From: Candidatus Babeliales bacterium
GTDB taxonomy: Bacteria > Babelota > Babeliae > Babelales > JANWKD01
DNA: 64,000 nt
Assembly: GCA_963701665.1 (NCBI GenBank)
Contig: OY969622.1
Span: 864,001-928,000 of the forward strand
Reading direction: 5' to 3'
Positions 43,400 through 52,787 of the stretch are shown here, one piece after another; the stretch's first letter is position 1; each line of letters opens with the position of its first letter. The translations under genes and the position numbers were made by a program. The notes below the pieces were generated by a model, which was not told the origin of the DNA, ran no database searches, and was given only the letters and a program-made list of their open reading frames with translations.

Positions 43400-44581
43400 T
43401 TAGCACAGAACGCGTGCGACTTCTTCTAAGCTAACAACGCCCGTTTGCAATTTTTCGCGCGCGTCAACAATCAAGGGACTCATGCCGTCAGTGAGGGCTT
43501 GCTGTTGAATAGCCTCAAAATGAGGGTTACTAACGATTAGAGCACGTAATGAGTTGGTCACAACTAAGAGTTCAAAAATTCCTATGCGCCCTTTATATCC
43601 TAAATTGAAACAGTCAGCGCAGCCTGCGCCTTTAAATATTTTTTTCATGGAAACATTGAGGCGCTCAAGCAGTTTATTGTGTTGATCGGTTGGCTCAATT
43701 TCTATGCGACAATTGGTACAAATTTTTCTCACTAACCGTTGTGCAAGAACACCCGTTAGCGACGTGTTAATTAAGAATGGCTCTATCGCCATATCCATCA
43801 AACGCATAACCGTTGAGGCAGCATCATTAGTGTGAAGCGTACTGAGCACTAAATGGCCCGTTAATGATGCTTCAATAGCAATACGCGCTGTTTGTTTATC
43901 ACGAATTTCACCGATCATGGCAATATCTGGATCCTGACGCAGCAATGCGCGAATACCACGCTCAAAAGTAAAACCAGCTTCAGGATGAATTTGGCCTTGT
44001 GTAATACCATCAATATTATATTCCACCGGATCTTCTAACGTGATTATATTTTTTTCAGACGAGTGCAACGCAAATAAGGTTGCATATAAGGTGGTTGTTT
44101 TACCTGATCCGGTTGGCCCCGTTACTAAAAAAAATCCCTGCGAGCGTTGCATCAGATGACAATAGCGTTCAAAAACCGCAGACTGAAAACCAAGCTTTTC
44201 TAAAGAAATAGATAAATTGGTTCTATCAAGGATTCTGATAACTATTTTTTCACCATAAATCGAGGGAAATGTTGAAACGCGCAAATCAACCATCTTGTGC
44301 GCCCATTTCATTTGAAATTTGCCATCTTGAGGCACTCGTTTTTCAGCAATATTATTATGAGCAAGAATTTTAATACGAGAGATTACCTGCGCGGCATGCA
44401 TGGCCTCTATGGGCTGTTGATCGTACAACGTACCATCAATTCTATAACGCACGCGCGCACCAGTATGATGAGATTCTAAATGGATGTCAGATGCGTTACG
44501 TTCTAACGCTTTGACCAAAATATCATTAACAAGATCAACAACCGATAAGGCTACAAGAGATTGTCGTTGTCGCTCTAACAT
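43400..44581 (-). CDS. GspE/PilB family secretion/pilus ATPase (lacks N-terminal domain)
   Basis: ASDIHLE, GPTGSGKTTT, LEDPVE, LRQDPD, TGHLVLSTLHTN, CxxC...CxxC. Confidence 0.93.
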   Translation of the reverse strand: MLERQRQSLVALSVVDLVNDILVKALERNASDIHLESHHTGARVRYRIDGTLYDQQPIEAMHAAQVISRIKILAHNNIAEKRVPQDGKFQMKWAHKMVDLRVSTFPSIYGEKIVIRILDRTNLSISLEKLGFQSAVFERYCHLMQRSQGFFLVTGPTGSGKTTTLYATLFALHSSEKNIITLEDPVEYNIDGITQGQIHPEAGFTFERGIRALLRQDPDIAMIGEIRDKQTARIAIEASLTGHLVLSTLHTNDAASTVMRLMDMAIEPFLINTSLTGVLAQRLVRKICTNCRIEIEPTDQHNKLLERLNVSMKKIFKGAGCADCFNLGYKGRIGIFELLVVTNSLRALIVSNPHFEAIQQQALTDGMSPLIVDAREKLQTGVVSLEEVARVLC

Positions 44582-44584
44582 AGA

Positions 44585-45136
44585 TTATTCTTCTTCATTA
44601 TCAAGTTCGTGCTTTTCTTCATTGAGCGCACGCTTCTCATTTTCCTCTTCCTCATCCATATAATCAAAATTATCGGTAACTTCAATTGAAGCATCATAAA
44701 ATTCATCAACAGCTTCTTGTATATCTTCACCAATACCGACTAAAAATTGAATATCAGATGACATGTAATTACCTATTGCTGGCAAAAGATTTTCATCAGC
44801 AGGATTTGCTGCAACAACATACAGCATATTGTCATTAATCTCTTGCAACGGGATAATTTCATTGCGCATAAGAAAATCACGCGGAAATTTGATCACCAAA
44901 TCATGATCAAAAAAATGGCCAATAACATCAAATGGAGGCACATGATAATACTGGCTCAATGCTTTAAGTAAATTTTGCTTCGCAACAAGTCCTTCTTGCA
45001 ACAAGAAATTATCGAACTCATCCTCAGATTCTTGCGCGAACAGTTTTTTTGAATCTTTAGATTCTTGCTGGGTAAAAGCACCATTTTTTTCTAAAATAGC
45101 GCACAGATCATTGATAAACTTCTCACCTTTTCTCAT
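44585..45136 (-). CDS. Stand-alone GspE/PilB N-terminal domain protein
   Basis: FLLQEGLV..LLKALSQYYHVP, IIPL...LYVVAANP (T2SSE_N-like); adjacent and in frame with the ATPase. Confidence 0.7.
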   Translation of the reverse strand: MRKGEKFINDLCAILEKNGAFTQQESKDSKKLFAQESEDEFDNFLLQEGLVAKQNLLKALSQYYHVPPFDVIGHFFDHDLVIKFPRDFLMRNEIIPLQEINDNMLYVVAANPADENLLPAIGNYMSSDIQFLVGIGEDIQEAVDEFYDASIEVTDNFDYMDEEEENEKRALNEEKHELDNEEE

Positions 45137-45145
45137 GCACGTTCC

Positions 45146-45544
45146 CTATCCAACCTTATAACCGATTATAAAGCCCGCAGCGACACTCAAAACGATGGGT
45201 ATATTATTTTTCATCCATTCAACAGCATTGCTAAGAATTGTTTGGAATGTATCTGATTCTTTAATGCCAACGAGTGCTTTTAATTTTACTATATCAACGG
45301 CAACAATATGAAACTCATTAAGTAGGTAAAGACTCGCCACAGAGATTACGATGCTCAATACCAGATAGCGCATAGTTTTTTTGAAAAAGAATCCAGCAAA
45401 AAATCCGCCACTTAAATATACCATGAGCCGCATCACGCCATTAAAGGATAAATCAAATGAGCTGATGAAGTTATCAAAATCAAAGGTGGATTTAAGATGA
45501 TCGATCCAACTTGTTTGTTGTATATTATTAGTTTTGCTAAACAT
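45146..45544 (-). CDS. Membrane protein, FUN14-like
   Basis: GGFFAGFFFKK, TM helices, AGFIIGYK C-terminus. Confidence 0.55.
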   Translation of the reverse strand: MFSKTNNIQQTSWIDHLKSTFDFDNFISSFDLSFNGVMRLMVYLSGGFFAGFFFKKTMRYLVLSIVISVASLYLLNEFHIVAVDIVKLKALVGIKESDTFQTILSNAVEWMKNNIPIVLSVAAGFIIGYKVG

Positions 45545-45629
45545 ATAATAAAAGCCTTTTTTCAAATGTAATACTATGAGTGGCTTTCAGTATAATCTGA
45601 GTGGCACTAAAACCGCAAGAATAATTAAA

Positions 45630-45670
45630 AAAAAAGAGAAATATTTTTTGGAAAATATTTCTCTTTTTTT
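45630..45670. terminator. AT-rich inverted repeat downstream of HU
   Basis: aaaaagagaaatatttt...aaaatatttctcttttt. Confidence 0.6.
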
Positions 45671-45690
45671 AAAGCTCTTACAAAAAAAAG

Positions 45691-45966
45691 TTATTTTGCA
45701 ACCATGCCCTTGAGAGCTTTGCCTGGCTTAAATTTAGGAACATTTTTGCCAGGGATTTGCATTTTTTTGCCTGTTGCTGGGTTAACACCAACACGTGGTT
45801 TTCTTTTCATAACTGAAAAAGTACCGAATCCGGTGAGAGCAACTTGTCTCTTCTTTTTCAATTCTTCACCAACAACATTAATGAAAGCCTCTAAGCATCG
45901 TTTGGTTACTGCTTTTGACTCTTTTGACATTTTCGCCATGCGTTCAACTAACATCGCTTTATTCAT
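45691..45966 (-). CDS. hup: DNA-binding protein HU
   Basis: MNKAML, LTGFGTF, RVGVNPATG, PKFKPGKALK. Confidence 0.95.
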   Translation of the reverse strand: MNKAMLVERMAKMSKESKAVTKRCLEAFINVVGEELKKKRQVALTGFGTFSVMKRKPRVGVNPATGKKMQIPGKNVPKFKPGKALKGMVAK

Positions 45967-46086
45967 AAAATATTCCTTTGTTTGATTAGCTGTTCTTACC
46001 ATCAAATACATCAGACTAAATTACCAAGTTGTACATTAGTATAGAAGAATTGTGTTTGTCAAGTTTTATTTTGATGTAAAAAAAAA

Positions 46087-46173
46087 TGGTGCCGAGAGCC
46101 GGACTCGAACCGGCACGGAGAAACCTCCGAAGGATTTTAAGTCCTTTGCGTCTACCAATTCCGCCACCTCGGC
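46087..46173 (-). tRNA. tRNA-Leu (TAA)
   Basis: Reverse complement GCCGAGGTGGCGGAATTGGTAGACGC-AAGGA CT TAA AA TCCTT-long variable arm-GGTTCGAGTCC-CCA. Confidence 0.95.
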
Positions 46174-46204
46174 GCTTTTCTTCTTTCAACTTGTCTGCTG
46201 CATC

Positions 46205-46278
46205 TGGAGGCGGCACCCGGATTTGAACCGGGGATCAGGGTTTTGCAGACCCTTGCCTTACCCCTTGGCTATGCCGCC
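46205..46278 (-). tRNA. tRNA-Cys (GCA)
   Basis: Reverse complement GGCGGCATAGCCAAGGGGTAAGGC-AGGGT CT GCA AA ACCCT-GGTTCAAATCC-CCA. Confidence 0.95.
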
Positions 46279-46328
46279 TTAATCTTTAGTGATAAAATAT
46301 AGCAGTTTTACTTGGCAATCGCAAATTC

Positions 46329-46805
46329 TTATAATTTTTTCGCTAATGCTTCCGCGCTTATTGTTACTACTGCGTTACTTCCTGAAGCTTCTTGCATAGA
46401 TGCAGGTTTTGCATAATCATTTAAATATGCTTGTTTACATGGTCCTGCTACAGGCAAGCCTGCTTGTTTTGCTTCAGCAGTACCTCCTTCATACGCATAT
46501 ACTTTTTTGAATCCTAAATTATGTAGCATCTGCCATGAAGCGCCACTTGCTGTACATTTGTAATTGGTACAATGCACAACTATTTCCGTGTTGTCTTTAT
46601 CAAAATGTGCTAATGCATATGATTCAAGATTTTCAAAAGGAACGTTAATGGAACCTTTAATGTGACAATCATCATAGAATTCCTTATCCAAAACATTCAC
46701 AAGCACAAATGATGGTTTTGATCCTGAATCCCAACCACACGATGGGAGAAGTACAATTGCTGCTAACAAAACAGTTATTCGAGCAAAAGTTTGTGTTATT
46801 TTCAT
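46329..46805 (-). CDS. Rhodanese-like domain lipoprotein
   Basis: LPSC lipobox; HIKGSINVP, VVHC, GFKKVYAYEGG. Confidence 0.85.
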   Translation of the reverse strand: MKITQTFARITVLLAAIVLLPSCGWDSGSKPSFVLVNVLDKEFYDDCHIKGSINVPFENLESYALAHFDKDNTEIVVHCTNYKCTASGASWQMLHNLGFKKVYAYEGGTAEAKQAGLPVAGPCKQAYLNDYAKPASMQEASGSNAVVTISAEALAKKL

Positions 46806-46875
46806 ACCTTTCTTTCGTTTTAAGCAGTTTGATATTCTTAACTATACTTTCACTATTATTTTCTCCTAATACGCA

Positions 46876-47346
46876 TCATACTCCTTTTTTTGGAAAACAT
46901 TTTTCTAAAATCGTTTCTAAAAGTTTTGCATAAGATCTTACTTCACGCATAAGCATTTGAGCAATTTCTTCTCTATAGATATGCGAGGTAAGATTTCTCT
47001 GCTCTATCATTTCTTGCGCAAGAGTACTTTCTGACTCATGTAACAATCCAATTTTAGCACACAGGCGAATAATATTTTTTGGGCTATTTACCTCTAAAGT
47101 CAGTCCTTGCACTTCTTCAAGATATATTTTTAGGTATTTCCAAAGAAGATCTGTCGAATATTCAAACCGTTGAATAACCGAGTCACGCATCCCTAAAAAA
47201 ATTTCTTCAAAATCAATGCCATACATCATTTCTTTATCATTTTTATGTTTTTGTAATCTCGCAAGATTTTCATAAATAGCAATGCTATCTTCGAAACTCT
47301 TAATTGCCCGTTCAAGGGTTTGATATTTTTCTAATATTATACCCAT
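46876..47346 (-). CDS. HEPN / nucleotidyltransferase substrate-binding protein (HI0074 family)
   Basis: RDSVIQRFEYS, SPKNIIR, RNLTSHIY (RX4H). Confidence 0.88.
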   Translation of the reverse strand: MGIILEKYQTLERAIKSFEDSIAIYENLARLQKHKNDKEMMYGIDFEEIFLGMRDSVIQRFEYSTDLLWKYLKIYLEEVQGLTLEVNSPKNIIRLCAKIGLLHESESTLAQEMIEQRNLTSHIYREEIAQMLMREVRSYAKLLETILEKCFPKKGV

Positions 47347-47615
47347 AGTATCCCATCTTTTTTAATTTGTTGTTTCAAAGTTGGTGATATCATATGCAGA
47401 TCAACAACATCAACAAATACTGGCAGTAATGAATCTTCTATATCACTCATGATTGCAAATAATTTTTTTTTAGGTACGGGAACCCCATCATCAAGAGCAA
47501 TATCAAAATCTGCGCCTTCTTTATTTGTCTTTCGAGCTCGGGACCCAAACAAATATATTTTGCAATTTGGTAAATGTTTTCGAACAATTGAAATTATTGC
47601 TTCTTTGTTATCCAT
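47337..47615 (-). CDS. Minimal nucleotidyltransferase (MNT) antitoxin
   Basis: LFGSRAR...ADFDIA, VDVVD; overlaps the HEPN gene. Confidence 0.88.
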   Translation of the reverse strand: MDNKEAIISIVRKHLPNCKIYLFGSRARKTNKEGADFDIALDDGVPVPKKKLFAIMSDIEDSLLPVFVDVVDLHMISPTLKQQIKKDGILWV

Positions 47616-47618
47616 AGT

Positions 47619-48491
47619 TCAATACATCCAATGCAAACATCTACGCCAGCGAACATGCCTCCAAAAATCAATAGGATGTTTTATGAAATCTAGTATCATC
47701 CACGATGCATGCGTATCAACTGACCATATTCGTAGAATAATTTTTCCATGAATTAATTTTCTAGCAAGAGGTCCCCAAAAGCGTGAATCAAGGCTTCCCA
47801 ATCGATTATCACCCATTGCCCAATATTGATCAGGCCCAAGATGAATATCAAATTCATCAACATTTCTGCCATGCTGATCAAATGCTGGCGTACGCGGAAA
47901 GCGCATTATATCTTGTTTATAGGTTTCTGCCCATCGTTTTCCAAGTTGCACATCAGCAGAAGACATTCTATAAAATGGCTGATCTTCATACGAATAACTT
48001 TGATCATATGACACGGTCAACAAACAATTACCATAAAACACACTTAAAAGGGGAAATTTATTAAGATATGGTTCATCTAATTTCTCACCATTACGATATA
48101 AAACCGGAATACCATTCTCAATTTTGCCTTGAATGTAATCGCCAGGAACCCCAATTATGCGCTTTGTCCAATTAGCTGGTCCCCAAACATTATTTTGAAA
48201 AAGATTAACAAAATAATTGTCCGAGTAATCAAAATTTGGATCATTGAATGTTACTATATCACCATGTTTAATCGGTCTAAAAAGATAAGAAAATTTATCT
48301 GCAAAAAACCCTTCACCAACAAGCATTGTTGTTTCCATTGAACCAGTTGGCACTTGATAAAGTCCATAGATATACGTACGAATTAAGAAAGCAAGCGGCA
48401 GAATAATAATGATAGATTCAATATACTGTTCTAGTTTTGATTTATTAGGACGCTTATACCATGCATGTAATCTTTGGAACGTGTGAATCAT
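47619..48491 (-). CDS. lepB: Signal peptidase I, copy 2
   Basis: VPTGSMETT, WTKRIIGVPGD, MGDNRLGSLDSRFWG. Confidence 0.93.
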   Translation of the reverse strand: MIHTFQRLHAWYKRPNKSKLEQYIESIIIILPLAFLIRTYIYGLYQVPTGSMETTMLVGEGFFADKFSYLFRPIKHGDIVTFNDPNFDYSDNYFVNLFQNNVWGPANWTKRIIGVPGDYIQGKIENGIPVLYRNGEKLDEPYLNKFPLLSVFYGNCLLTVSYDQSYSYEDQPFYRMSSADVQLGKRWAETYKQDIMRFPRTPAFDQHGRNVDEFDIHLGPDQYWAMGDNRLGSLDSRFWGPLARKLIHGKIILRIWSVDTHASWMILDFIKHPIDFWRHVRWRRCLHWMY

Positions 48492-48536
48492 TTTTGGTTT
48501 TCTTTCTTTAAATAACGAAACTAAAATGATATATGA

Positions 48537-49409
48537 TTATCTAACAACCTGTAAAAATCTACCCCAACGAATTCTTTTCCAAAAATCGATGGGATGCTTT
48601 AATAAATCAAAAATAAGCCACGACTCAGAACTATCAATTGACCATATTCTAAAAACAATTTTTCCATGAATTAATTTTCCATCGAATGGTCCTAGAAAAC
48701 GAGAATCTTTGCTACCGAGACGATTGTCGCCCATACACCAATATTGATTTGGCCCCAAACGTACGTCATAGATATCAACATTTCTCCCATGATGATCAAA
48801 CGAGGGCGTTCCCGGCATTAAAAGCCATTCTTGACCGTGCATTTCTGCCCATCGTTTTCCAAGCAATGCTTCATAGTCAGTAAAATTATAAAATGGTTGA
48901 TCATTATAAGGCCGTGATGGATCGTATGAACGTGGTGATTGGATACGACTATCTTTAACTACGGTAATCAAAGGATACTTGTTCAGGTATGGTTCATCCA
49001 ATTTTTGGCCATTGCGATACACTACCGGAACCCCATCCTCAATCTTACCTTCAATATGATCTCCAGGAACACCGATAACGCGTTTAGTCCAATTGGTTGG
49101 TCCCCATACATAATGTTCGAATAATTCCTTCCAATAATTATCTGAATATGCAAACGTTGGATCGTTTAATGCAATAATGTCACCATGTTTTATAGGGAAA
49201 AATAATGGCGTAAATTTATCAGAAAAAAAACCTTCACCAACTAATATCGTTGTTTCCATTGAACCGGTGGGAACTTTATAAAGACCATACCCAAACGTTC
49301 TAATCAGAAATGCTATCGGCACGATGATAATTAACGTTTCAACATATTCAGCGATAATTGATTTGTTAGGCCTTTTACGCCAATGTAGATACTTTTGAAC
49401 TAATGTCAT
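48537..49409 (-). CDS. lepB: Signal peptidase I, copy 1
   Basis: VPTGSMETT, WTKRVIGVPGD, MGDNRLGSKDSR. Confidence 0.93.
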   Translation of the reverse strand: MTLVQKYLHWRKRPNKSIIAEYVETLIIIVPIAFLIRTFGYGLYKVPTGSMETTILVGEGFFSDKFTPLFFPIKHGDIIALNDPTFAYSDNYWKELFEHYVWGPTNWTKRVIGVPGDHIEGKIEDGVPVVYRNGQKLDEPYLNKYPLITVVKDSRIQSPRSYDPSRPYNDQPFYNFTDYEALLGKRWAEMHGQEWLLMPGTPSFDHHGRNVDIYDVRLGPNQYWCMGDNRLGSKDSRFLGPFDGKLIHGKIVFRIWSIDSSESWLIFDLLKHPIDFWKRIRWGRFLQVVR

Positions 49410-49455
49410 AACTTTTGTCTTTCGTTTTGGAATTGCTTCTTAATTCTTAATATTA

Positions 49456-50270
49456 TTAGCTTAAATTGCGCAATGGATTGATGCGTTTGCCATGTTCGAT
49501 AACTTCAAAATGTAAATGCCAGGCATTTTTTCCATGAACAGATCCTGTATCACCAACATAGCCGATTAATTGTCCATTTGTAACCCGTTGCCCTTTACAG
49601 ACGATCATACGTTCTAAATGAGCGTATCGCGTTTTAAACCGTTCATTGTGCTCAATCACGACTGAATTTCCATATCCTTTTTGCGTGGATGAAGTTTCAA
49701 CGACAATCCCTTTGGCTGCAGCATGGACAGCCGTGCCTTTGAGCGCTGCAAGATCAATGCCGTAATGGAATCCCCATGCTTTATCGTTCTTTTTTTTGCG
49801 AGGGCCAAATTTCGAGCTTAACCAAAATTGCGATCGATCTATAGGCCAACTGAGTGTAAAGGAACGGTATTGTGCCAAACTATAGCGATCTGGTACATAT
49901 TGTTTTGATCTACGCTGAATTCTTCTATGCCTCGAAGGCTCTCGTGAAATTTTTACATGGCCGTCATAAGAATCATACACATCACATACAATTGAGGTAA
50001 GATTATGTTCCTTACCAAAATTTTGAGCAGCAATTTTTAAATAATCCATATCACGATTAACGACATTAAATCGTGGCTTAGACGCATCATCTTCGTGTAT
50101 GCTACATTGCTCATTTAATGAGTTTTTTTTTTATTCAGGCATGTTTCTTTAAATACCTGAATATAGAGTTGATACTCATCTTGCAGAATAAGCATGCGCC
50201 GAGATTGTTCTTTAAAAAATTGATATTCAGCAATGAGCAAACCCGTTGTAATAAGCATTACCGAACACAT
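49456..50270 (-). CDS. M23 family peptidase, split by a frameshift at an A10 tract (start uncertain)
   Basis: HYGIDLAA, GYGN, TRYAHL, HLHFEV in 49456-50130. A TM/coiled-coil piece MCSVMLITTGLLIAEYQFFKEQ...LNKKKTH* (50115-50270) lies in another frame. Confidence 0.8.
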
Positions 50271-50331
50271 AATTACAAAAAAAATTGTACTTATGGTATA
50301 TAAACTGTGTTTAATTGTTTCAATCCTGCAT

Positions 50332-51078
50332 TTAACAATGAATTAATTCTAACGAATTCTTTTTGATCCATCCTGATTGCTGCGCATTACGTACTTTGCA
50401 CCACTCATCTTTTGATTCAAGCACGGCTATCTCTTGTCCTTTGTTAAGCACACCACGCTTGCTAAAATTCATATTAGTACCCGCACATAAAAATGTTTGA
50501 TCTTCTTTTATAATCCCTCGCTCCTGCGATTGCAGCCATACCCTTAACGATAGACCAAGGCCTATTACACAATTTGGTGCTAATAAAAGTATGAGCCATA
50601 TTTTTTTAGATGCCAAACGCCTATAACAGAGAGCTGCTATAAGTATAATCCAAAAGAGCAAAAACAGGAATTGCAGCATGCCAACTGAATACGAAGTAAG
50701 CCACCTACAAAAGTTCTGTACAAATTTATTCTCTTTTTCTTCCGGTAAACCCAAATGCTGTAATGCCTTAGCACAGTTATGTTCTAGCGATGTTCGCAAT
50801 GCATAAGGGGCATTGTGTTCAGCTTTGCGCCAACACAATAATGCTTCGAAGTGATTACCAAGCCGATACCAACAATTACCCATATTATAATAAACGATAC
50901 AACTTTTTGGGCAGATAACATCATACAATGATAACGCTCTCTGAAACTCTTTTTGATGGTATGCTTGATTTGCCCTTAAAAATATTTCTTCAAAATTTTC
51001 AGCACGCAACGATAGGCAACACAGAAATAGGCATACGCAACTGAGCATTTTTTTGAATGCATGAACAAAGGTGCTCAT
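50332..51078 (-). CDS. batE: BatE-like TPR/SH3 protein
   Basis: YYNMGNCWYRLG TPR, two TMs, WCKVR...GWI SH3-like; bat operon context. Confidence 0.75.
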   Translation of the reverse strand: MSTFVHAFKKMLSCVCLFLCCLSLRAENFEEIFLRANQAYHQKEFQRALSLYDVICPKSCIVYYNMGNCWYRLGNHFEALLCWRKAEHNAPYALRTSLEHNCAKALQHLGLPEEKENKFVQNFCRWLTSYSVGMLQFLFLLFWIILIAALCYRRLASKKIWLILLLAPNCVIGLGLSLRVWLQSQERGIIKEDQTFLCAGTNMNFSKRGVLNKGQEIAVLESKDEWCKVRNAQQSGWIKKNSLELIHC

Positions 51079-52787
51079 ATTTTTTCTTCCAATTGTTTTA
51101 ACCAAACCTGTGCTCTTTTTACGAGCTCCTGCTCCTGCGGCATTGTATGTTTTTTGAGAAATGCACATTCTTGAATGGCATAAAAAAATCGATGCCATTG
51201 TTCAAGCGCCTCTTTAGAGAATCCTTTTTCTCGTAACAATCGTTCTATGCCTTCTGCACTCAATTCCGTTTGAGATAACCCAAAACGCGCGGCAAATAAA
51301 TGCATAAAAATATCATACATGCTCTGTGGCGCTCGATCATCCACGCTCGTTCGTAATCTTTTTTTTGCTATGGCAAACGCATATTTTCTATCAAGAAACA
51401 TTCGGTGAGTTTTTTGATAGTCATAATAATACTGTATACCAAACACATAGCAGCAATAGATAAAAGGTAAAAATATGAAAATAAAAAACCAATACCATGA
51501 TAACGCGCGTTCTCTTTGAAAGATCCATGAACCAGTTTCTCTAATAGGATGAATATCATCTCCATCGTGCAGTGTTCCATCATGCATCATTTCATTGTTT
51601 TGTTGAGTTCGTGCAACGTAAGGCGGTAAAATATTTAAAAAAATGGGGTTGGTTTCTAACGTTTCATAACAGCGCGTAGCAGTATTAAAAAAAGTAAAAA
51701 AATTAGGTGGAATTTCGTAAACACCTTCCTTCATCCCTTGCACAATATATTCAAACAAAATTTTGTAGGGAAACTGCGCATTACCTTCTTCAAAGATCGT
51801 CTTAGATTCATAATATTTTAATCCTTCGGGTAATTTTAATTTTGGCGCCTTTAGTTCATCAGGATGTGTTTTACATAAGACCGATAAGGTCAAAACAATT
51901 CCTTCGCCGACGTGCGCTTTTTCATGTTGTAATGCTGCACGAAAATCGCTAAACACGCCCATGCCATGAACATCCCTATCACAGAAAGGTAAGCTATCAA
52001 CGAAAATGGTAAGATCATTTGATACATAATGTTGTGGATTGGAATGCATCGTGAAGCGATTCATAATGGCAGTAAAAAGATCATGTGATCTGTTTCCATT
52101 TTTTTGCAAAGTCTTGCAGATTGCTTTAAATGGGGGCATGGTTAATCTTCCAGGTTTTTTTGCCGTCAATTCCGTTTGCCATTCAGCAAACTCATAACTT
52201 ACGTTATGTATTGTTGTGCTACCTCGTTGTATCTGTTGTAATGGCGAAAGAGTACCAATAGTTGGATCAAGGTTTGGATGTTCCAAGCTTATTAATTCAG
52301 TCGGCACACGTGTATTGAGACGAATCGTAAGTGTGCATTTTTCTCCTGGCACTATGGATGCGCCAGACGATAATAACTCCAAAATCACTTCTTGTTGTTG
52401 ATCTTCACTAACTTTGAATGAAAGAATATCAGAGCGCAATTCATGGCCATGACTTCCTTTTATTTTTGCAGGACCGAGTTCAAAGGTACCGACTGAGTTC
52501 GATCTAATAAGATAGGTATGTTGCGTTGTCACCTTTGACATCATGGTAATACGACTAGCGCCACGAAATTCATGATATATATTTTTTAGGCCCGGGATCA
52601 CGACATCATGCATCTTATGATCGCCATCTGCTCTCACTTCAAATAGATATGGCGCGCCCCGTTTTAACTCGTGCACAACTTTGCCATTCATATCAGTAAT
52701 GATCAGCTTAATGCCATTTTCTCCATAAAGCGTATGAAGAAAAACTAAAAAGAAGAAAACAAAAAAATTACCAATTTTTCTGACCAT
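51075..52787 (-). CDS. batD: BatD family protein
   Basis: GTFELGPA, GVYEIPP..FFNT; C-terminal TM; operon context. Confidence 0.75.
   Translation of the reverse strand: MVRKIGNFFVFFFLVFLHTLYGENGIKLIITDMNGKVVHELKRGAPYLFEVRADGDHKMHDVVIPGLKNIYHEFRGASRITMMSKVTTQHTYLIRSNSVGTFELGPAKIKGSHGHELRSDILSFKVSEDQQQEVILELLSSGASIVPGEKCTLTIRLNTRVPTELISLEHPNLDPTIGTLSPLQQIQRGSTTIHNVSYEFAEWQTELTAKKPGRLTMPPFKAICKTLQKNGNRSHDLFTAIMNRFTMHSNPQHYVSNDLTIFVDSLPFCDRDVHGMGVFSDFRAALQHEKAHVGEGIVLTLSVLCKTHPDELKAPKLKLPEGLKYYESKTIFEEGNAQFPYKILFEYIVQGMKEGVYEIPPNFFTFFNTATRCYETLETNPIFLNILPPYVARTQQNNEMMHDGTLHDGDDIHPIRETGSWIFQRERALSWYWFFIFIFLPFIYCCYVFGIQYYYDYQKTHRMFLDRKYAFAIAKKRLRTSVDDRAPQSMYDIFMHLFAARFGLSQTELSAEGIERLLREKGFSKEALEQWHRFFYAIQECAFLKKHTMPQEQELVKRAQVWLKQLEEKI

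Noticed and set aside
46016..46282. Short ORFs on both strands
   Set aside because: They overlap tRNA-Leu and tRNA-Cys
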